A stretch of DNA of 63,599 nt, filler included, from Atractiella rhizophila (GCA_021432655.1; 9 parts of 6 records of this genome joined end to end with filler, not necessarily neighbours in it); one strand, 5' to 3'; positions 36,032-49,925 are shown, counted from the whole stretch's first letter. The notes: generated by a model not told the origin, from the letters alone. A program made the numbers and translations.

Positions 36032-39000
36032 CCCGTCGCCGAACTGACGCGATTATTGAGCGCAAATTCTGCGTTGGGGAGTCCTTCCACCCAATTATCC
36101 TGAAGGTGATTGCAGAAAATGCGCAAATATTGCTCAACTTCTTGGTTCATACGTTCAGTCTAGCCATCACTTTGTGGATGATAGGCTGTTGATGGCGAGC
36201 CTTTGATACCCAATAGGCGAAAAAGTGCAGATGTGAATTTAGACACAAACTCTTTTCCACGATCGAAAATTGCGACATCAAAAGTCCATGTAGCTTCCAT
36301 ACGTGGTCGCGAAAAAGTCTTGCAAGGCCCTCTGCATCCATCGTCGAATGGATGGGGATGAGATCGGCGTGTTTTGAGAGTCTGTCAACTGGGACGAAAA
36401 TTGTGTCAAACCCCCCAGATTCTGGGACAGGTCCGACCAAGTCCATGCTGACAATTTGCCAGCGACACGTGGGAATGTCATTTGGTTGCAAAAACCCGAC
36501 AGGTGGGGAAGGAAAGTTTTTCGTTCTGTGGCAAGTGTGACAAGCGCCGACATAGTGGCGAACGTAATGCGCCAAACCCGGCCACCAGTAGTACCTTTTT
36601 ACGAGAGCAGTCGTCGATTTTATGCCTGGATGACCGGCGATTTGCGAATCACGCAGGTCTTGCAAAATCGAGCGGCGAATTTCGTCATCGCAGAGAATGT
36701 AGAGTTTTGTGCAATTCCTTGATGGCTGCCATAGATAGCGCCATCGACTTCTTGCCACTCCCGTCGGCGAATTGCGTCGACTGGTTCGTCTAGGATCTCT
36801 CTCAAGGCTTTGACTACTTGTTCTTCCCGTTCGGGTACCTTTTTCACGCATTCCAGTATACTCAACTCCGACATTTGTCTTGTGAGCGCAACCGCGCTCC
36901 CAGTCGCGTTGATGGTGATACGATCTGTGTTGAAAAAACGTTCTGGGAGTAATACTACTTCGAAGTTGTCACAAGTTGCCGGTTTGTGATCCGGTCGCCG
37001 ACTGAGCGCATCTGGTTTTGCGGAGTTTCGTCCAGGACGGTGTAAAAGAGCGAAGTTGAAAGATGCAAGTTCGGTGATCCAGTGCGCTTGTCGCCGATTT
37101 AACTTTTGTGACATTCTGAAATACTCAAGGTTTTTATGATTGGTCAAGATCAGAAATGGCTCATCAGTACCTTGGAGACGGTGTCTCCATTCTTGCAGTC
37201 TGCGCATAATCACGAGCATTTCTTTGTCGTAGGTGTCGTAGTTCCTCTAGGCAGCGTCGAGCGATTTTGACACAAAACCGAGAGGACGAAACTTCCCATC
37301 TGGCTTCATTTGCGACAAAACGGCGCCTGTCATGAAATTCGACGCGTCGACTTCGAGCAAAAACCGTCCTATCTGTTCGGGATGCACCAAAACAGGCGCC
37401 GAACTCATGAGCTGTTTCAAAAGCGGCGAATGAACGTTGCTGATCTACCCCTTAGACCCAGGAAACCTCTTTTTTTGTCAGTTGATAAAGGTCTTGCAAT
37501 GTGACTGAATCTGACGCAAAAGCGGCGATAGAAATTAGCGAAACCNNNNNNNNNNNNNNNNNNNNNNNNNNNNNNNNNNNNNNNNNNNNNNNNNNNNNNN
37601 NNNNNNNNNNNNNNNNNNNNNNNNNNNNNNNNNNNNNNNNNNNNNNNNNNNNNNNNNNNNNNNNNNNNNNNNNNNNNNNNNNNNNNNNNNNNNNNNNNNN
37701 NNNNNNNNNNNNNNNNNNNNNNNNNNNNNNNNNNNNNNNNNNNNNNNNNNNNNNNNNNNNNNNNNNNNNNNNNNNNNNNNNNNNNNNNNNNNNNNNNNNN
37801 NNNNNNNNNNNNNNNNNNNNNNNNNNNNNNNNNNNNNNNNNNNNNNNNNNNNNNNNNNNNNNNNNNNNNNNNNNNNNNNNNNNNNNNNNNNNNNNNNNNN
37901 NNNNNNNNNNNNNNNNNNNNNNNNNNNNNNNNNNNNNNNNNNNNNNNNNNNNNNNNNNNNNNNNNNNNNNNNNNNNNNNNNNNNNNNNNNNNNNNNNNNN
38001 NNNNNNNNNNNNNNNNNNNNNNNNNNNNNNNNNNNNNNNNNNNNNNNNNNNNNNNNNNNNNNNNNNNNNNNNNNNNNNNNNNNNNNNNNNNNNNNNNNNN
38101 NNNNNNNNNNNNNNNNNNNNNNNNNNNNNNNNNNNNNNNNNNNNNNNNNNNNNNNNNNNNNNNNNNNNNNNNNNNNNNNNNNNNNNNNNNNNNNNNNNNN
38201 NNNNNNNNNNNNNNNNNNNNNNNNNNNNNNNNNNNNNNNNNNNNNNNNNNNNNNNNNNNNNNNNNNNNNNNNNNNNNNNNNNNNNNNNNNNNNNNNNNNN
38301 NNNNNNNNNNNNNNNNNNNNNNNNNNNNNNNNNNNNNNNNNNNNNNNNNNTACATCACCAATGGTTCGAAAAGTCCGCGATTTGTGCGAAACGCCGCTTT
38401 GTGCTCGTCTCCTTCTTTGATGCGAACGTTGTTGAAACCTTTTCTGAGGTCAATCTTACTAAAAAATTTCTTACCAGAGACCATGGAGAAGAGGTCAGCT
38501 TGGATAGGGAGTGGAGTTTTGTCCTTGATTGTGGCTTCATTCAACTTACGATAGTTGAAAAGGGGACGAAGTTCGGGTGAATCCTTTTTGTGTGTGAAAA
38601 AGACGGAAGCACCATGTTCGCCTGTGCTAGGACGTATACGACCGGCGCTCAGTTCATTGTCAATGAATTGGTCGAGCGCCGCTTGTTCGTCTCTTTTCAA
38701 GGGGTAGATGGGACCAGCATATGGTTGAGCTTCTGGTTTGAGGTTGATGGTATGGTCCCAAGGTCGTCAAGGAGGAAGCGAGGTTTTGAATTTTTCGTCA
38801 TTGAAAATGTCTGCAAAATCAGCGATTTGCGTCGGCATTTCGACAACACTCTTTGGTCTCATCGCCGCTACGTCTTTCGCCAGTTTCTGCGATTTTGTTA
38901 TGGCAGCGCGTATTGAGGCAGAGGACGATGGAAGTTGGCCTCATGTGGTAGACACATCAGCCGCGTTGCAACTGGTGGGGCAACGAGACAACTCAACTTT

Positions 39001-40635
39001 CCCTGATGCCCAGTTAATATCTGGTTGTGGTGTCTTAGCCAGTCATGACCCAGAATCATGTCGACTGTCCCCAACTCCGCCACCGCAGATTGCCAAACTT
39101 TGTAATGGGTGGCGATCGAAATGGGTAAATAAGCGACAGAATGGATGGAACCCCCCTGATTGAGGGATCTGTCGATATTGTAAACGGGCACTGGGGAAGG
39201 GAGTTGAGTGACGGGTAGGTTGTATTCAGAAACGAGTTTTGGAGAAATAAAGGAAGTGGTTGCCCCGCTGGCGACGAGCGCCGATGTAGCGTGTCGGCGA
39301 TGGGAGTGTGGGTGATGGAAAGCGGTCCTGAGTTTCGTTTTCGAACTGACTAGGGATGCCGTCGTCGAACGTAAATGGACTTTATCGTACATTTTTGCGA
39401 CATCAGCGCATCTTTGTCTCCAAGATGGAAAACACAATTTTGGAAATGGGGAGTCTTGTTCGGGAGAAGGGAATCTGCGCAAAGCGGCGCTTTGTTGGAA
39501 GTGATTTTAGATGACGAAAATGAATTGCAAGTGAGCGACCGGGACACTCCTTTCACCCATCGCCGTCTCAAACATCCTCCTCCAGATCCGATGATTGAGC
39601 GACACTTGTTTTCAGTGACCGGTTGGCGATTTGCACAGATTGTCGTTCTTGTTCTACGAGACGAGAGTCGAAATATTCTCCTTGTGCACGAAGATATTGC
39701 TCCTTGCTCATGGACACCTTGCATTCCTTCTCCTTGTGTCCGATCTTTTGGCATCTTCGACAACGAGGCGGTCTGAACTTCATTGCGTCTACCTCCATAT
39801 CGTCGGGGTCTTTGACTTCATGAGGTTGCGAAGCGGCGATGAGCGACAAAGCGGCGCTCGGTCAGTACAGAGGGGGTCCGTTGTTGTCCTTCTGTTTTGT
39901 AGATTTTGAGTGATCTTTCTTTGCTGAAGGTGTAATTTGGGTTCCACTCGTCGCCGATGAGATGCCCCGAAAGAAGCTGGAATGCGCAAATTCTTCTGCG
40001 TCGATTCACCACATTTTTCCTTCCACTCTTCAAGGGACTTGGGGAAATCACCTTGTGTCACTTTAAGGTGCAGGGCAGGATTGCGGCCCCATTTGAAGAA
40101 AAATGTGAGCGCCTCATCATCAAAGTCTGCCTGATTTGCCAACTCCTCAAACTTGATGATGCAGGACTCTAGGTTGCCCTTCTGTTGCAGGGAAGACAGT
40201 TTCGTTTGCGCAATAAGTTTGTGGTCAGTTTTGCAAAAACGCGATCTGAACTCCAACAAAAATTGCTCCCACGAAATCTGTTCCTCATTTTCGACAAGTC
40301 GGCGCAGTATCCAGCGGCGAATTTTTCAGCGTCTCCTTCTTTCATATTCAATAGAGTAAATAAGATTTTCGACTTTTCTGAAGGGAACTGTCCTGGGATG
40401 GCAGATGTGTAGACCTTAAAAAGGGGAAGGTGGTTCCACTGTCTCTAGGAGGGGGCAGTCTGGAGTCCAGCAATTGAAAAATTCGGTCGTTTGTATTCTG
40501 GATGTCGGACCTCAGTTGCGCAATTTCGTGCACATTTTGGGAGGTTTGTGCGTTTTGTTGGTTGAAACTTGCTATGAGGTCTTGTTCAATTTTTTTGAAC
40601 TGCTTTTCGGTTGTGAGGTGCAGAGTTTGGAACAT
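36032..40635 (-). pseudogene. Degenerate gag-pol
   Basis: Gag zinc knuckle PDDMEVDA..CRRCQKIGHKEKEC, protease ALVASGATTSFI (catalytic D replaced by A), RT FSKIDLRKGFNNVRIKEGDEHKAAF, RNase H LEVDAS and integrase GHPG..CHTC..SMDLV. Multiple frameshifts and stops. Confidence 0.9.
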
Positions 40636-40750
40636 CCTTTCTAAGTGATGGATGCGTTCTTCGCTCGTCGGCTATTCACGCGTTTCCATATCTCCCCAAA
40701 CCTCCGACATTTTTAAAGTTTGGTTTTGAAAAAGAGAGAGAGTATTCTTC

Positions 40751-41111
40751 TGTTAGGGCTGACACTATGTGCGGTCGCCGACGGGCGATGCGTCTGTAGT
40801 GGAGATAAACCTAAGAGCATGATATGACATGAAGACTAACCTGTAGTGGAGATAAACCTAAGAGAATACTCTAAGGTCACCTCCACTACTCTCTGATCTA
40901 TATATACAAGCGGAATAACACTGCCACAAAGCGTAGAGGAGAGCAGATGAAACGTGTAAGAGAACTAGAAGGGGAAGTGACAGTGGGATTACGCGGAGTT
41001 AATAAGAGAGGACAGGCACAATTGGGCTAAGTGGTGATGTAGGTGCAAATGGGCGATGGGAGACGCAGTCCGGCGAACGGGCGCTGATTTGCCTAAGATG
41101 CAAACCTGATA
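40751..41111 (-). repeat. 5' LTR of the gypsy element, with a TATA box at 40899-40906 (minus strand)
   Basis: Near-identical to 34984-35341 and adjacent to gag. Confidence 0.95.
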
Positions 41112-42106
41112 ACTCTGAACTGGATGTAGATGTGTTTTCACATGAGAATGACTGAAGGTTAGAGTTTTATAGATGGACAAGGCAACTAAGCATGGGAACG
41201 ATCAACAGAAGACTGTAACATGGACACTCAGTGTGGATGGCTGTTACCTTCTAAATATGGAATGGGAAGATGGCCAGACTGCTGGATGTAGCTGAGGTTC
41301 ATTCAGAGTAACATAATTGTGAACATTTGGCTGACCACCATCTGAAACTATTAACAGTTTACTACTCAGAGCCTCTGGACACACTGGAAGACATAAAAGC
41401 TGGCCTAGAATAAGACAGGAATTGCCACGAAGCTGCATGACTAATCAGAATATCAAGGGATGATAAGGCAATAGCATAGCCACACAATCAATAACATCTT
41501 TCTATATGTCACTCAAACTGTGCTAAAAATAGCTCAAAGAGGTAAATTCAGAACAGACGAACTGATTATTTTTATTCATCATTTGCATAGAAGCTGAGAT
41601 TGTGCAGCTTGGCACTGAATTTGGAGCATTCAGAGCATCCAGGCATGGATAACTTGTCAAGCAGAGCTGGGAATCATGATACAAACATAATCAGATGAGA
41701 ACAGTACAAAGAGCAGGAGTAATCAAAGTGGCAATGGAGAGGGTTTGAGGATGGTAAGGCGGAGAACAAATTAGTTTGAAGGGGCATACGGGAGTACCAG
41801 TAGGCAGCAGTAGTTGGGTAGATGTTTTTGAAAGTCAGACAGGGTTGAAGTTGGTACACCACCCTAGACACAGCAACAGGAGACTTGGGACCTCCCCATG
41901 CCTGTCATGCCCACCAAAGACTTCTCAAGCGACTGTTGAAGCCCCACTTCAAACCCGCTGTTCATTTTAGCACTGACAGTACATCATTTTGAGTCTCTGG
42001 TACAACATATAGTTGTGGTAATACATTCAAGAAGGGGCTAGCAAATGGTTCCCACAATTGTTCAGTGCAAGATATTTGTTGTTTCAGCAATGCCACTTAT
42101 CTTATT

Positions 42107-42738
42107 GTTAAACCCGGCATTTGTTGGTGCACGTTGGTGAGGAAAGTACCTACTATTCAATCTTTGATGACCAGTTCTTGCCACGACAGGAACCTGCTCA
42201 GTGAGATCTCAGTACCACAGCACAAGAGATACTGAATGAGGAAGCATCAACCATCAACACTCCAAGAGATTGAGACTTTAGCAAGCTCTTTGGGTTCCAT
42301 GTCTCCCCTATAAGGGAACAACCCAACCGTCATGCCATTAAAATAGAATATCAAGGGCAGAGGCACCAAATACAAACGTAGGCAGTAGCACATATGGTGG
42401 AGAGCTAGAAACAAATCTGAAAGTTAAACCCGGCATTTGTTGGTGCACGTTGGTGAGGAAAGTACCTACTATTCAATCTTTGATGACCAGTTCTTGCCAC
42501 GACAGGAACCTGCTCAGTGAGATCTCAGTACCACAGCACAAGAGATACTGAATGAGGAAGCATCAACCATCAACACTCCAAGAGCTTGAGACTTTAGCAA
42601 GCTCTTTGGGTTCCATGTCTCCCCTATAAGGGAACAACCCAACCATCATGCCATTAAAATAGAATATCAAGGGCAGAGGCACCAAATACAAACGTAGGCA
42701 GTAGCACATATGGTGGAGAGCTAGAAACAAATCTGAAA
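42107..42738. repeat. 316-bp tandem duplication
   Basis: GTTAAACCCGGC starts at 42107 and again at 42423. I saw two substitutions between the copies. Confidence 0.9.
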
Positions 42739-42974
42739 ATGGTTAGAAAATGGTGGTCATCTGTCTCAAAAGGTCAAGTCAGCCATTGGAAATACCGAAG
42801 TACCAATCAAAATATGGTATAACACTGGTACAACCAGCAACTTGACCAAAACTTGCAAACGGTTTAACGGGCAGCGCTAGTTCATTTTATTAATCCAAGC
42901 TACCATGACTCCGATCCACTGCGATCAACATTGACCCACCTCTTCCTCCATCCGCCTCTCCCCCGTGTCCGAAC

Positions 42975-45900
42975 ATGATGCGTCGGCATACTTCGCTCTC
43001 CTTTGTCTGGAGAAGGAGGTTTGCCACATCATCTCACCATCCTGTAGTTTCCTCCGTAGTGCCACCGTTGACATACATAGAGAAGGTGTTTTCGCGTCAC
43101 GCTGTAGTCGAATCACAAGTCAACGGGAAGAAGGATGTGATTCGAAGTGGGGACTATGTGATGATTCGCCCTGCATATGTCATGACACACGATAATACCA
43201 ATCCAGTAATTTCCAAGTTTGTTACTTGCCTACTCCAAATATCCTTGTTCACAAGGGGCAACAGGTTTAAGGCTATAGGAGCAACTCGCATCAAAGACCC
43301 TGGACAAGCCGTCTTCTGCTTAGACCACGATGTTCAGAATAAATCGGATGCAAATCTCAAAAAATATGCCAACATCGAAGCTTGGGCACACGAGCAAGGC
43401 GTCGATTTTTATCCCGCTGGGCGTGGGATAGGTCACCAGATTATGGTTGAAGAGGGGTATGCCTGGCCGGGGGAACTGACTGTAACCCTTTTTTCCCACT
43501 GATTGGATGTTAGTTGAGATAGATCGGGCAAGAGGTAGCGAACGACAGCCATTCTAACATGTATGGAGGGGTGGGTTGCGTTGGGACACCCATCGTCCGC
43601 ACAGATGCAGCGTAAGGTGGACGTCTTCCCGTCATTTTTGAGAGACTTACAAATCACGCATGTACCAGGGCTATCTGGGCTACCACTCGAACCTGGATGC
43701 AAGTGCCCCCTGTTATTCGCGTTCTCCTTCGTGGAGAGCTGCCAAGAGGGGTGACGGGAAAAGATATAATTTTGGCTCTTTGTGCTTATTTCAATAAGGA
43801 CGAGGTGTTGAATGCAGCTATCGAGTTTCATGGTGACGGGGTTGCTCAGTTGAGCGTGGAAGAGAGGCTGGCAATTGCCAACATGACAACTGTACGTTTA
43901 TCTATCCTAGTAGAAGTAACTGAAAGTTCTAGCGTTGATGGGAATGATGATAGGAATGGGGAGCCATCGCAGGTGTCTTCCCCGTCGACCAGGTCCTAGT
44001 GAACTGGTATAAATCACTATCTGCAAAATACGAGCTCCAACAGTTTTCTGGCCACAGCCTCCGCTCTCCAATCTCTCATCCGCGCATTAATCCCGCGCGT
44101 GTCTCCTCCCTTTCTGTGTCGCCTCCTGCACCTGCTGACGCAGCAGCCTCTTACGTCGCCACCCTAACGTTAGACTTGTCATCCCTGACTCCTCACGTCT
44201 CTGGGCCAAATTCGGTCAAAATTTCCACACCCTTGTCGAAATTAGAGAAGGAGAGGGTGCGAATTAACAAAGCCTATCTTGTCTCCTGCACGAACAGCCG
44301 CCTTCCAGATCTTCAGGCTGCCGCCAAAGTTCTTCGAGGCAAGAAGGTAGCGGCAGGATCAAAGACCCTGGACAAGCTGTCTTCTGCTTAGACCACGATG
44401 TTCAGAATAAATCGGATGCAAATCTCAAAAAATATGCCAACATCGAAGCTTGGGCACACGAGCAAGGCGTCGATTTTTATCCCGCTGGGCGTGGGATAGG
44501 TCACCAGATTATGGTTGAAGAGGGGTATGCCTGGCCGGGGGAACTGACTGTAACCCTTTTTTCCCACTGATTGGATGTTAGTTGAGATAGATCGGGCAAG
44601 AGGTAGCGAACGACAGCCATTCTAACATGTATGGAGGGGTGGGTTGCGTTGGGACACCCATCGTCCGCACAGATGCAGCGTAAGGTGGACGTCTTCCCGT
44701 CATTTTTGAGAGACTTACAAATCACGCATGTACCAGGGCTATCTGGGCTACCACTCGAACCTGGATGCAAGTGCCCCCTGTTATTCGCGTTCTCCTTCGT
44801 GGAGAGCTGCCAAGAGGGGTGACGGGAAAAGATATAATTTTGGCTCTTTGTGCTTATTTCAATAAGGACGAGGTGTTGAATGCAGCTATCGAGTTTCATG
44901 GTGACGGGGTTGCTCAGTTGAGCGTGGAAGAGAGGCTGGCAATTGCCAACATGACAACTGTACGTTTATCTATCCTAGTAGAAGTAACTGAAAGTTCTAG
45001 CGTTGATGGGAATGATGATAGGAATGGGGAGCCATCGCAGGTGTCTTCCCCGTCGACCAGGTCCTAGTGAACTGGTATAAATCACTATCTGCAAAATACG
45101 AGCTCCAACAGTTTTCTGGCCACAGCCTCCGCTCTCCAATCTCTCATCCGCGCATTAATCCCGCGCGTGTCTCCTCCCTTTCTGTGTCGCCTCCTGCACC
45201 TGCTGACGCAGCAGCCTCTTACGTCGCCACCCTAACGTTAGACTTGTCATCCCTGACTCCTCACGTCTCTGGGCCAAATTCGGTCAAAATTTCCACACCC
45301 TTGTCGAAATTAGAGAAGGAGAGGGTGCGAATTAACAAAGCCTATCTTGTCTCCTGCACGAACAGCCGCCTTCCAGATCTTCAGGCTGCCGCCAAAGTTC
45401 TTCGAGGCAAGAAGGTAGCGGCAGGAGTAGAGTTCTACGTAGCCGCTGCTTCATCCGCAGTTCAGCGAGAAGCAGAAGAAGATGGCACATGGGGGGCATT
45501 GTGCACTGCTGGGGCGAAAACTCTCCCCGCTGGGTGTGGTCCCTGCATTGGATTGGGCGTTGGGCTATTGGAGGAAGGAGAGACTGGCATTTCAGCCACG
45601 AATAGGAACTACAAGGGGAGGATGGGGAGTCCTAACGCGCTTGCATATTTAGCGAGTCCAGAGGTCGTTGCGGCGAGCGCGTTAAGAGGATATATCTCTG
45701 GACCCATCTCCCTGGATGCTGCCGACGTCAGGTGGACCAAGGAAGCGACTTCTGCTGCTACTGCAGCAGAGGGAGGGAGAGGAGAAATCCTCCCCAATTT
45801 CCCTCAGCATTTTGAAGGGCCGCTGCTTTTCGTTCCAGCTGATAATCTCAACACCGACGGGATTTACCCTGGGAAATACACATATCAAGACGACATCACT

Positions 45901-46431
45901 CTTGCTCGACAGGCCGAAGTCGTGATGGAAAATTATGACACTTCTTTTGCCCCGCTGGTAGCATCACTACGTCACTCCCCGCGACCTCCTCGAGAATCCG
46001 GCCGTGGTATCCTCCTCGCTAGCGGATTGAACTTTGGGACTGGCTCATCTAGAGAACAAGCGGCCACGGCCCTTCTCAGTGCTGGCATACAGCTCGTAAT
46101 CTGTGAAAGTTTTGGGGACATATTCAAGCGGAACAGCATTAACAATGGACTCATATGTGTCCTGGCTCCCGACTTCATACATCATCTCACTTCCTCTTTC
46201 ACTGCAGAAAATCAACGCAAGGGCGAGCCAACAGTCAACACGAAATGGTTTGTAGAATATGATCCTGCAGAGGGCCAGCTCAGAGTTTGGAAGAGTGGTG
46301 AAAAAGGCAATGGTCCATTTGAGACATTTAGGGCCGGAAAAGTCGGTAGAGCTGTGCAAGAGATCTGGACAGCGGGTGGAAGAGGGGGATTGGAGCAGTG
46401 GGTGAAAGAGAAAATTGGGGAGGAGAAGTAG
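42975..46431 (+). CDS. LYS4: Mitochondrial homoaconitase (with a 1068-bp internal duplication)
   Basis: [88 protein letters not shown] and [14 protein letters not shown]. Confidence 0.93.
43290..45425. repeat. 1068-bp near-exact tandem duplication inside LYS4
   Basis: ATCAAAGACCCTGG occurs at 43290 and 44358. The junction GCAGGA|TCAAAG is out of frame. Confidence 0.9.
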
Positions 46432-46596
46432 GAAACCATGCTTAATAGAATCGAATGACAGTACATGAGGCGGGGATTTAATATCTTCCACTGTCATCTA
46501 AGCTTGAGGTAACTAAGCGATATATGAACAATAGCTGAGCCCGAATTAACCTCGTTGATCATAAATTGAGAAGGTATCTACATACTTCGAATTGAT

Positions 46597-48464
46597 TTAC
46601 AGGAATTCGGAGGGTTTATCGCCCTTGCCCCATGCATCGAAAACTTTTCCTGCGACAGCAAATGCAAGCCCTGGAGAATTCTTGACCAATTGTTGTCTTA
46701 AGCGGAGGAAGGGAACTCACAATCGGCTTGATCACTACTTAGAGCTTCGGCGTATACTCTCACGCAATCCTCAGTCCCGCTAGGACGAACAAATGACCGG
46801 CCATGTGGAACCTTTCGAACGATTTCGTCAATTTCGCCCTGAAGTCCGGTTGGTGCAGTCAGAGTTCTTTCGGCGTTTTTTGTCGCAAAAGCAAATCGAT
46901 CCTTGACGATGACCTTGACTAAGCGGTTAGGAAGATCGGTGTACAAAGCATCCCACGCCACTACATCCATCGATGTAGAGTGAAGTACAGCCTCTACCAT
47001 CAGCATGTCGCTCAAAGCGTCTCCAACAGTTTGGTTGATGAGATGTACAAAGTTTCTAAGCTGGTGTATTGCTGTGCTTTGCCTCGAGTCACTGGGCAGA
47101 TGGCCAGTGATCATGTTCGTCGCTTTCGGGGAGAAGAGCACAGTCCCATGTCCATTTGCTTCAAAATAAACGCCAATGTCGAATTTCTCAGCTTCATGAT
47201 GGAGATGTTTGACACCTGTGGGAACACAGGAGACAGAGACATTCTGTGCACAAATCGGATTAGGAAATGCTTGCCAAGAAACACCACCTACTAGCTTCTC
47301 CGTGAGGTACACAGTGGAGCTTCCGTTGGCATACGCAGTCTGCACGACGGCCAATTCGAGAGAAAGCCCAGCTTGGCGGATGAGCTCGATGAAGTGCGTC
47401 GCGACCAAAGCCGCAATCTTGTCACCATCCAACAAGCGAAAAGTGTTATCCGGTAACGCATAATAGTATACAATGCGATCAGCATCGCCATCGAAACTGC
47501 AATACCTCTTCATGGGCACAATTGACAACCCTTTCGGCGCACTCTGCGTTGTTTTGACGTAGTCTGCTCCACAATAACTATTCAGTGCTCCAGCCCTCCC
47601 GACTGCATCTCCAGCGATCGTTATGTCGATCAAATCATTTAAGCGCTCGATTAAAGCCTTCAGTTTCGGCGCACCGACACCATTCGCACAGTCGACAGTG
47701 ACAGACGTTGGGATTTTTGTATCCTGTGCTCATCATTCGGGGAGGAGACAAGTAACATTGAAAGCAACACACCACTAAAGCTTTGAATGCATTGCTTAGC
47801 TTACTGTAGTATCCGTCTTCAGTAGGACGGCCGTATGCTTCCGATGTGCCCGTGGAATTATGTGCCCGAACAAGATAATGTAGTTGTGGTGTCGTGCAGA
47901 GACCGGCATCGATGATTGTAGCGCTGAAACACCTTAGTCCATCCTTAACACTGGCGATAAGATCGGGAGACGACGGCCTAGTATCAAAGCCTACTACCAC
48001 ATTGGCAGGATTTGAAAGGTTGATATTGAACTGCTCTACCAGATCCGTGAGGGTTTGAAGCAGTTCCGTATCGTTCGAGTTTGCGAGCTTTGTAGCAATG
48101 CCTTCCCAAGACACTTGAAGCATTTCGCCTTTGGGATCAACAAGCTTTACTCCGTTATCCTACTACCATCTCACGGACAGCATTCACGCGGTGTAGGTGC
48201 GAACAAACTCTCTCGGGGTTATGGCTGGCAGTGACCATCACGCCAATCATTTGACCACCGAAGCACTTGCTCCTCAGAGCTGCTAACATCCCGACGCGAA
48301 ACATAGTACTGTCCAGGTCATCTGCTCTGTAAACTTCGTTCAACTGTGAAGTTGGTCCAGAGGTCAACGGCATACAAGGTTCTGAACCCAGCTGTTCCAT
48401 AGGCGAGCTTGACGCCTGGAAGAGGGTGTTTAACGGATGTTGTCTTGATCAAATTGTCGTCCAT
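46597..48464 (-). CDS. PCM1: Phosphoacetylglucosamine mutase
   Basis: YGTAGFR, GVMVTASHNP, GFDTRPSS, TTPQLHYLV, SFDGDADR, VQTAYANGSS, GVYFEANGHG and RSFVRPSGTEDCVRVYAEA. Confidence 0.95.
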
Positions 48465-48659
48465 CTCACTTTAAAGCTTCGCTCCAGGTAGTAAAGTAGT
48501 ATTGCGCACTGATGATCAGTATATCAGCAGTGATTATCAGGGAGGTCGCGCAACACAACGCAAACACTCACAAACCGCAGACTTCCGACTTTCTTTCTAT
48601 CATCCTTGGTTATTCCTTTCTCAGCGTTTGCACCATTTTGGCACCATAGAAACGAGAGA

Positions 48660-49003
48660 ATGGCCCCCGCTCCGCTTTACGAGAATGTCGACGTGCCTGG
48701 TGCGTTCTCTGTCGAGGGAAGCGAGTACAGCTAACTATGCAGACAGCGCTGCTCAAGGCGAGAGAGGATGAGATTCGCCGCCAATTTGGAAGGGTTCTTC
48801 AAGCACGAGAGGTCAAGGCAGAATTAGATGCCTGCTGGAAGCGCGAAGGCGTGAACCACTACGAGAACTGCAGGGATATTTCCATTCTCTATCTCAACAT
48901 GGTCAAAACACATCGTGTAGGTTCCGTCCCTTTCCTGACAATCTGCTCATCTGCTATTTAGCTCGTGGGATTCGCGCCGGTTGGAAGCAATGCGGGACAA
49001 TAG
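48660..49003 (+). CDS. Complex I accessory subunit NDUFB10-like (fungal 12-kDa subunit)
   Basis: LLKAREDEIRRQFGRVLQAREVKAELDACWKREGVNHYENC, with the C-x(11)-C pattern of the family. Three exons. Confidence 0.8.
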
Positions 49004-49026
49004 ATGCAACTTATTGCAAATTATGA

Positions 49027-49925
49027 CTATTGTTTCCAGTCCACAGTATCCTTCCAGGGAACCTTGCCTTTACTCTCCTTCTTCCGCTCTCTCTTCTGTT
49101 TCTTCTGCTGCACTTTGAACAATTGCCTTTTGTCCATGGAATCGAGCCGATCTTTGGCTACCATCTCTTTCAAGGATTCTGAACCCGCAATCAAATTTTA
49201 CCAACGGGATGCGTTACGAACTCACTTTTGTTGAGATAATACGGCTGTTTCCCTTCATTGCGTTGCCGCTGCTTCTCATCTTTCCTCCACGATTGCACAA
49301 CAGAGGCAGCGTGTTCCTTTTTTGCTTCGCGGTCTAGTTCACTTTGAAGCCTAGATACTTTCAGGGAGAGACGCTGCCTAGCCTCCTCATCCAGTTTCTC
49401 TCTTTTATCGCCTTTCAGCCTTTTCTTCAGGTCGGAAATCTCTTCACTCTTCCTTTGAGAGAGGAATCCATAAGACTTGCGGAACTGTCCCTCCTCGAAC
49501 TTGCCACAAAGGAGGTTGAATCGAGGATCGTTTGTCGTTTCTTGCTTCGGACACGTGGGTAGACAGCCAGATGAGCAAGTTTGGCTCACCTTAGCATCGA
49601 CTTCCACCACCATCCGAGCTCTACTAACGCTCTGCTTCGTACTGACCTCCATTGGCGCATGTTTGTTGAGTCGTGCCACTTTTGCCGCACGTCTCTCGCC
49701 ATGATGCCGACTGTGTCCCTGTGAAACTTGACTTTGCGCCTCGTCTGTCAGAGTCTCTTGCGATCGCTTTCGCTTGGCTTTGAGTAGCACTTGGAAGGGT
49801 AAAGCGGCAGGTTCGTGCGGTAGATCTGGCTGGAAACCTCATGAGTGCAAAGTTTCAGGATAGAATGGACACACTTCTTCCTCCAGATCATAATCGACAT
49901 CGTCTATCTCTGCTTGTTTTTTCAT
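49027..49925 (-). CDS. RRP36: rRNA biogenesis protein Rrp36
   Basis: NKHAPMEVSTKQSVSRAR, DPRF...FRKSYGFL, GKQPYYLNK and a basic C-terminus. Confidence 0.85.

Larger units (their letters stand above)
34984..41111 (-). mobile_element. Ty3/gypsy LTR retrotransposon with 5-bp TSD ACTCT
   Basis: LTRs at 34984-35341 and 40751-41111 (TGTTAGG...CCTGA(C/T)A). ACTCT lies at 34979-34983 and 41112-41116. A G-rich PPT is next to the 3' LTR. Domain order is gag-PR-RT-RH-IN. Confidence 0.95.
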
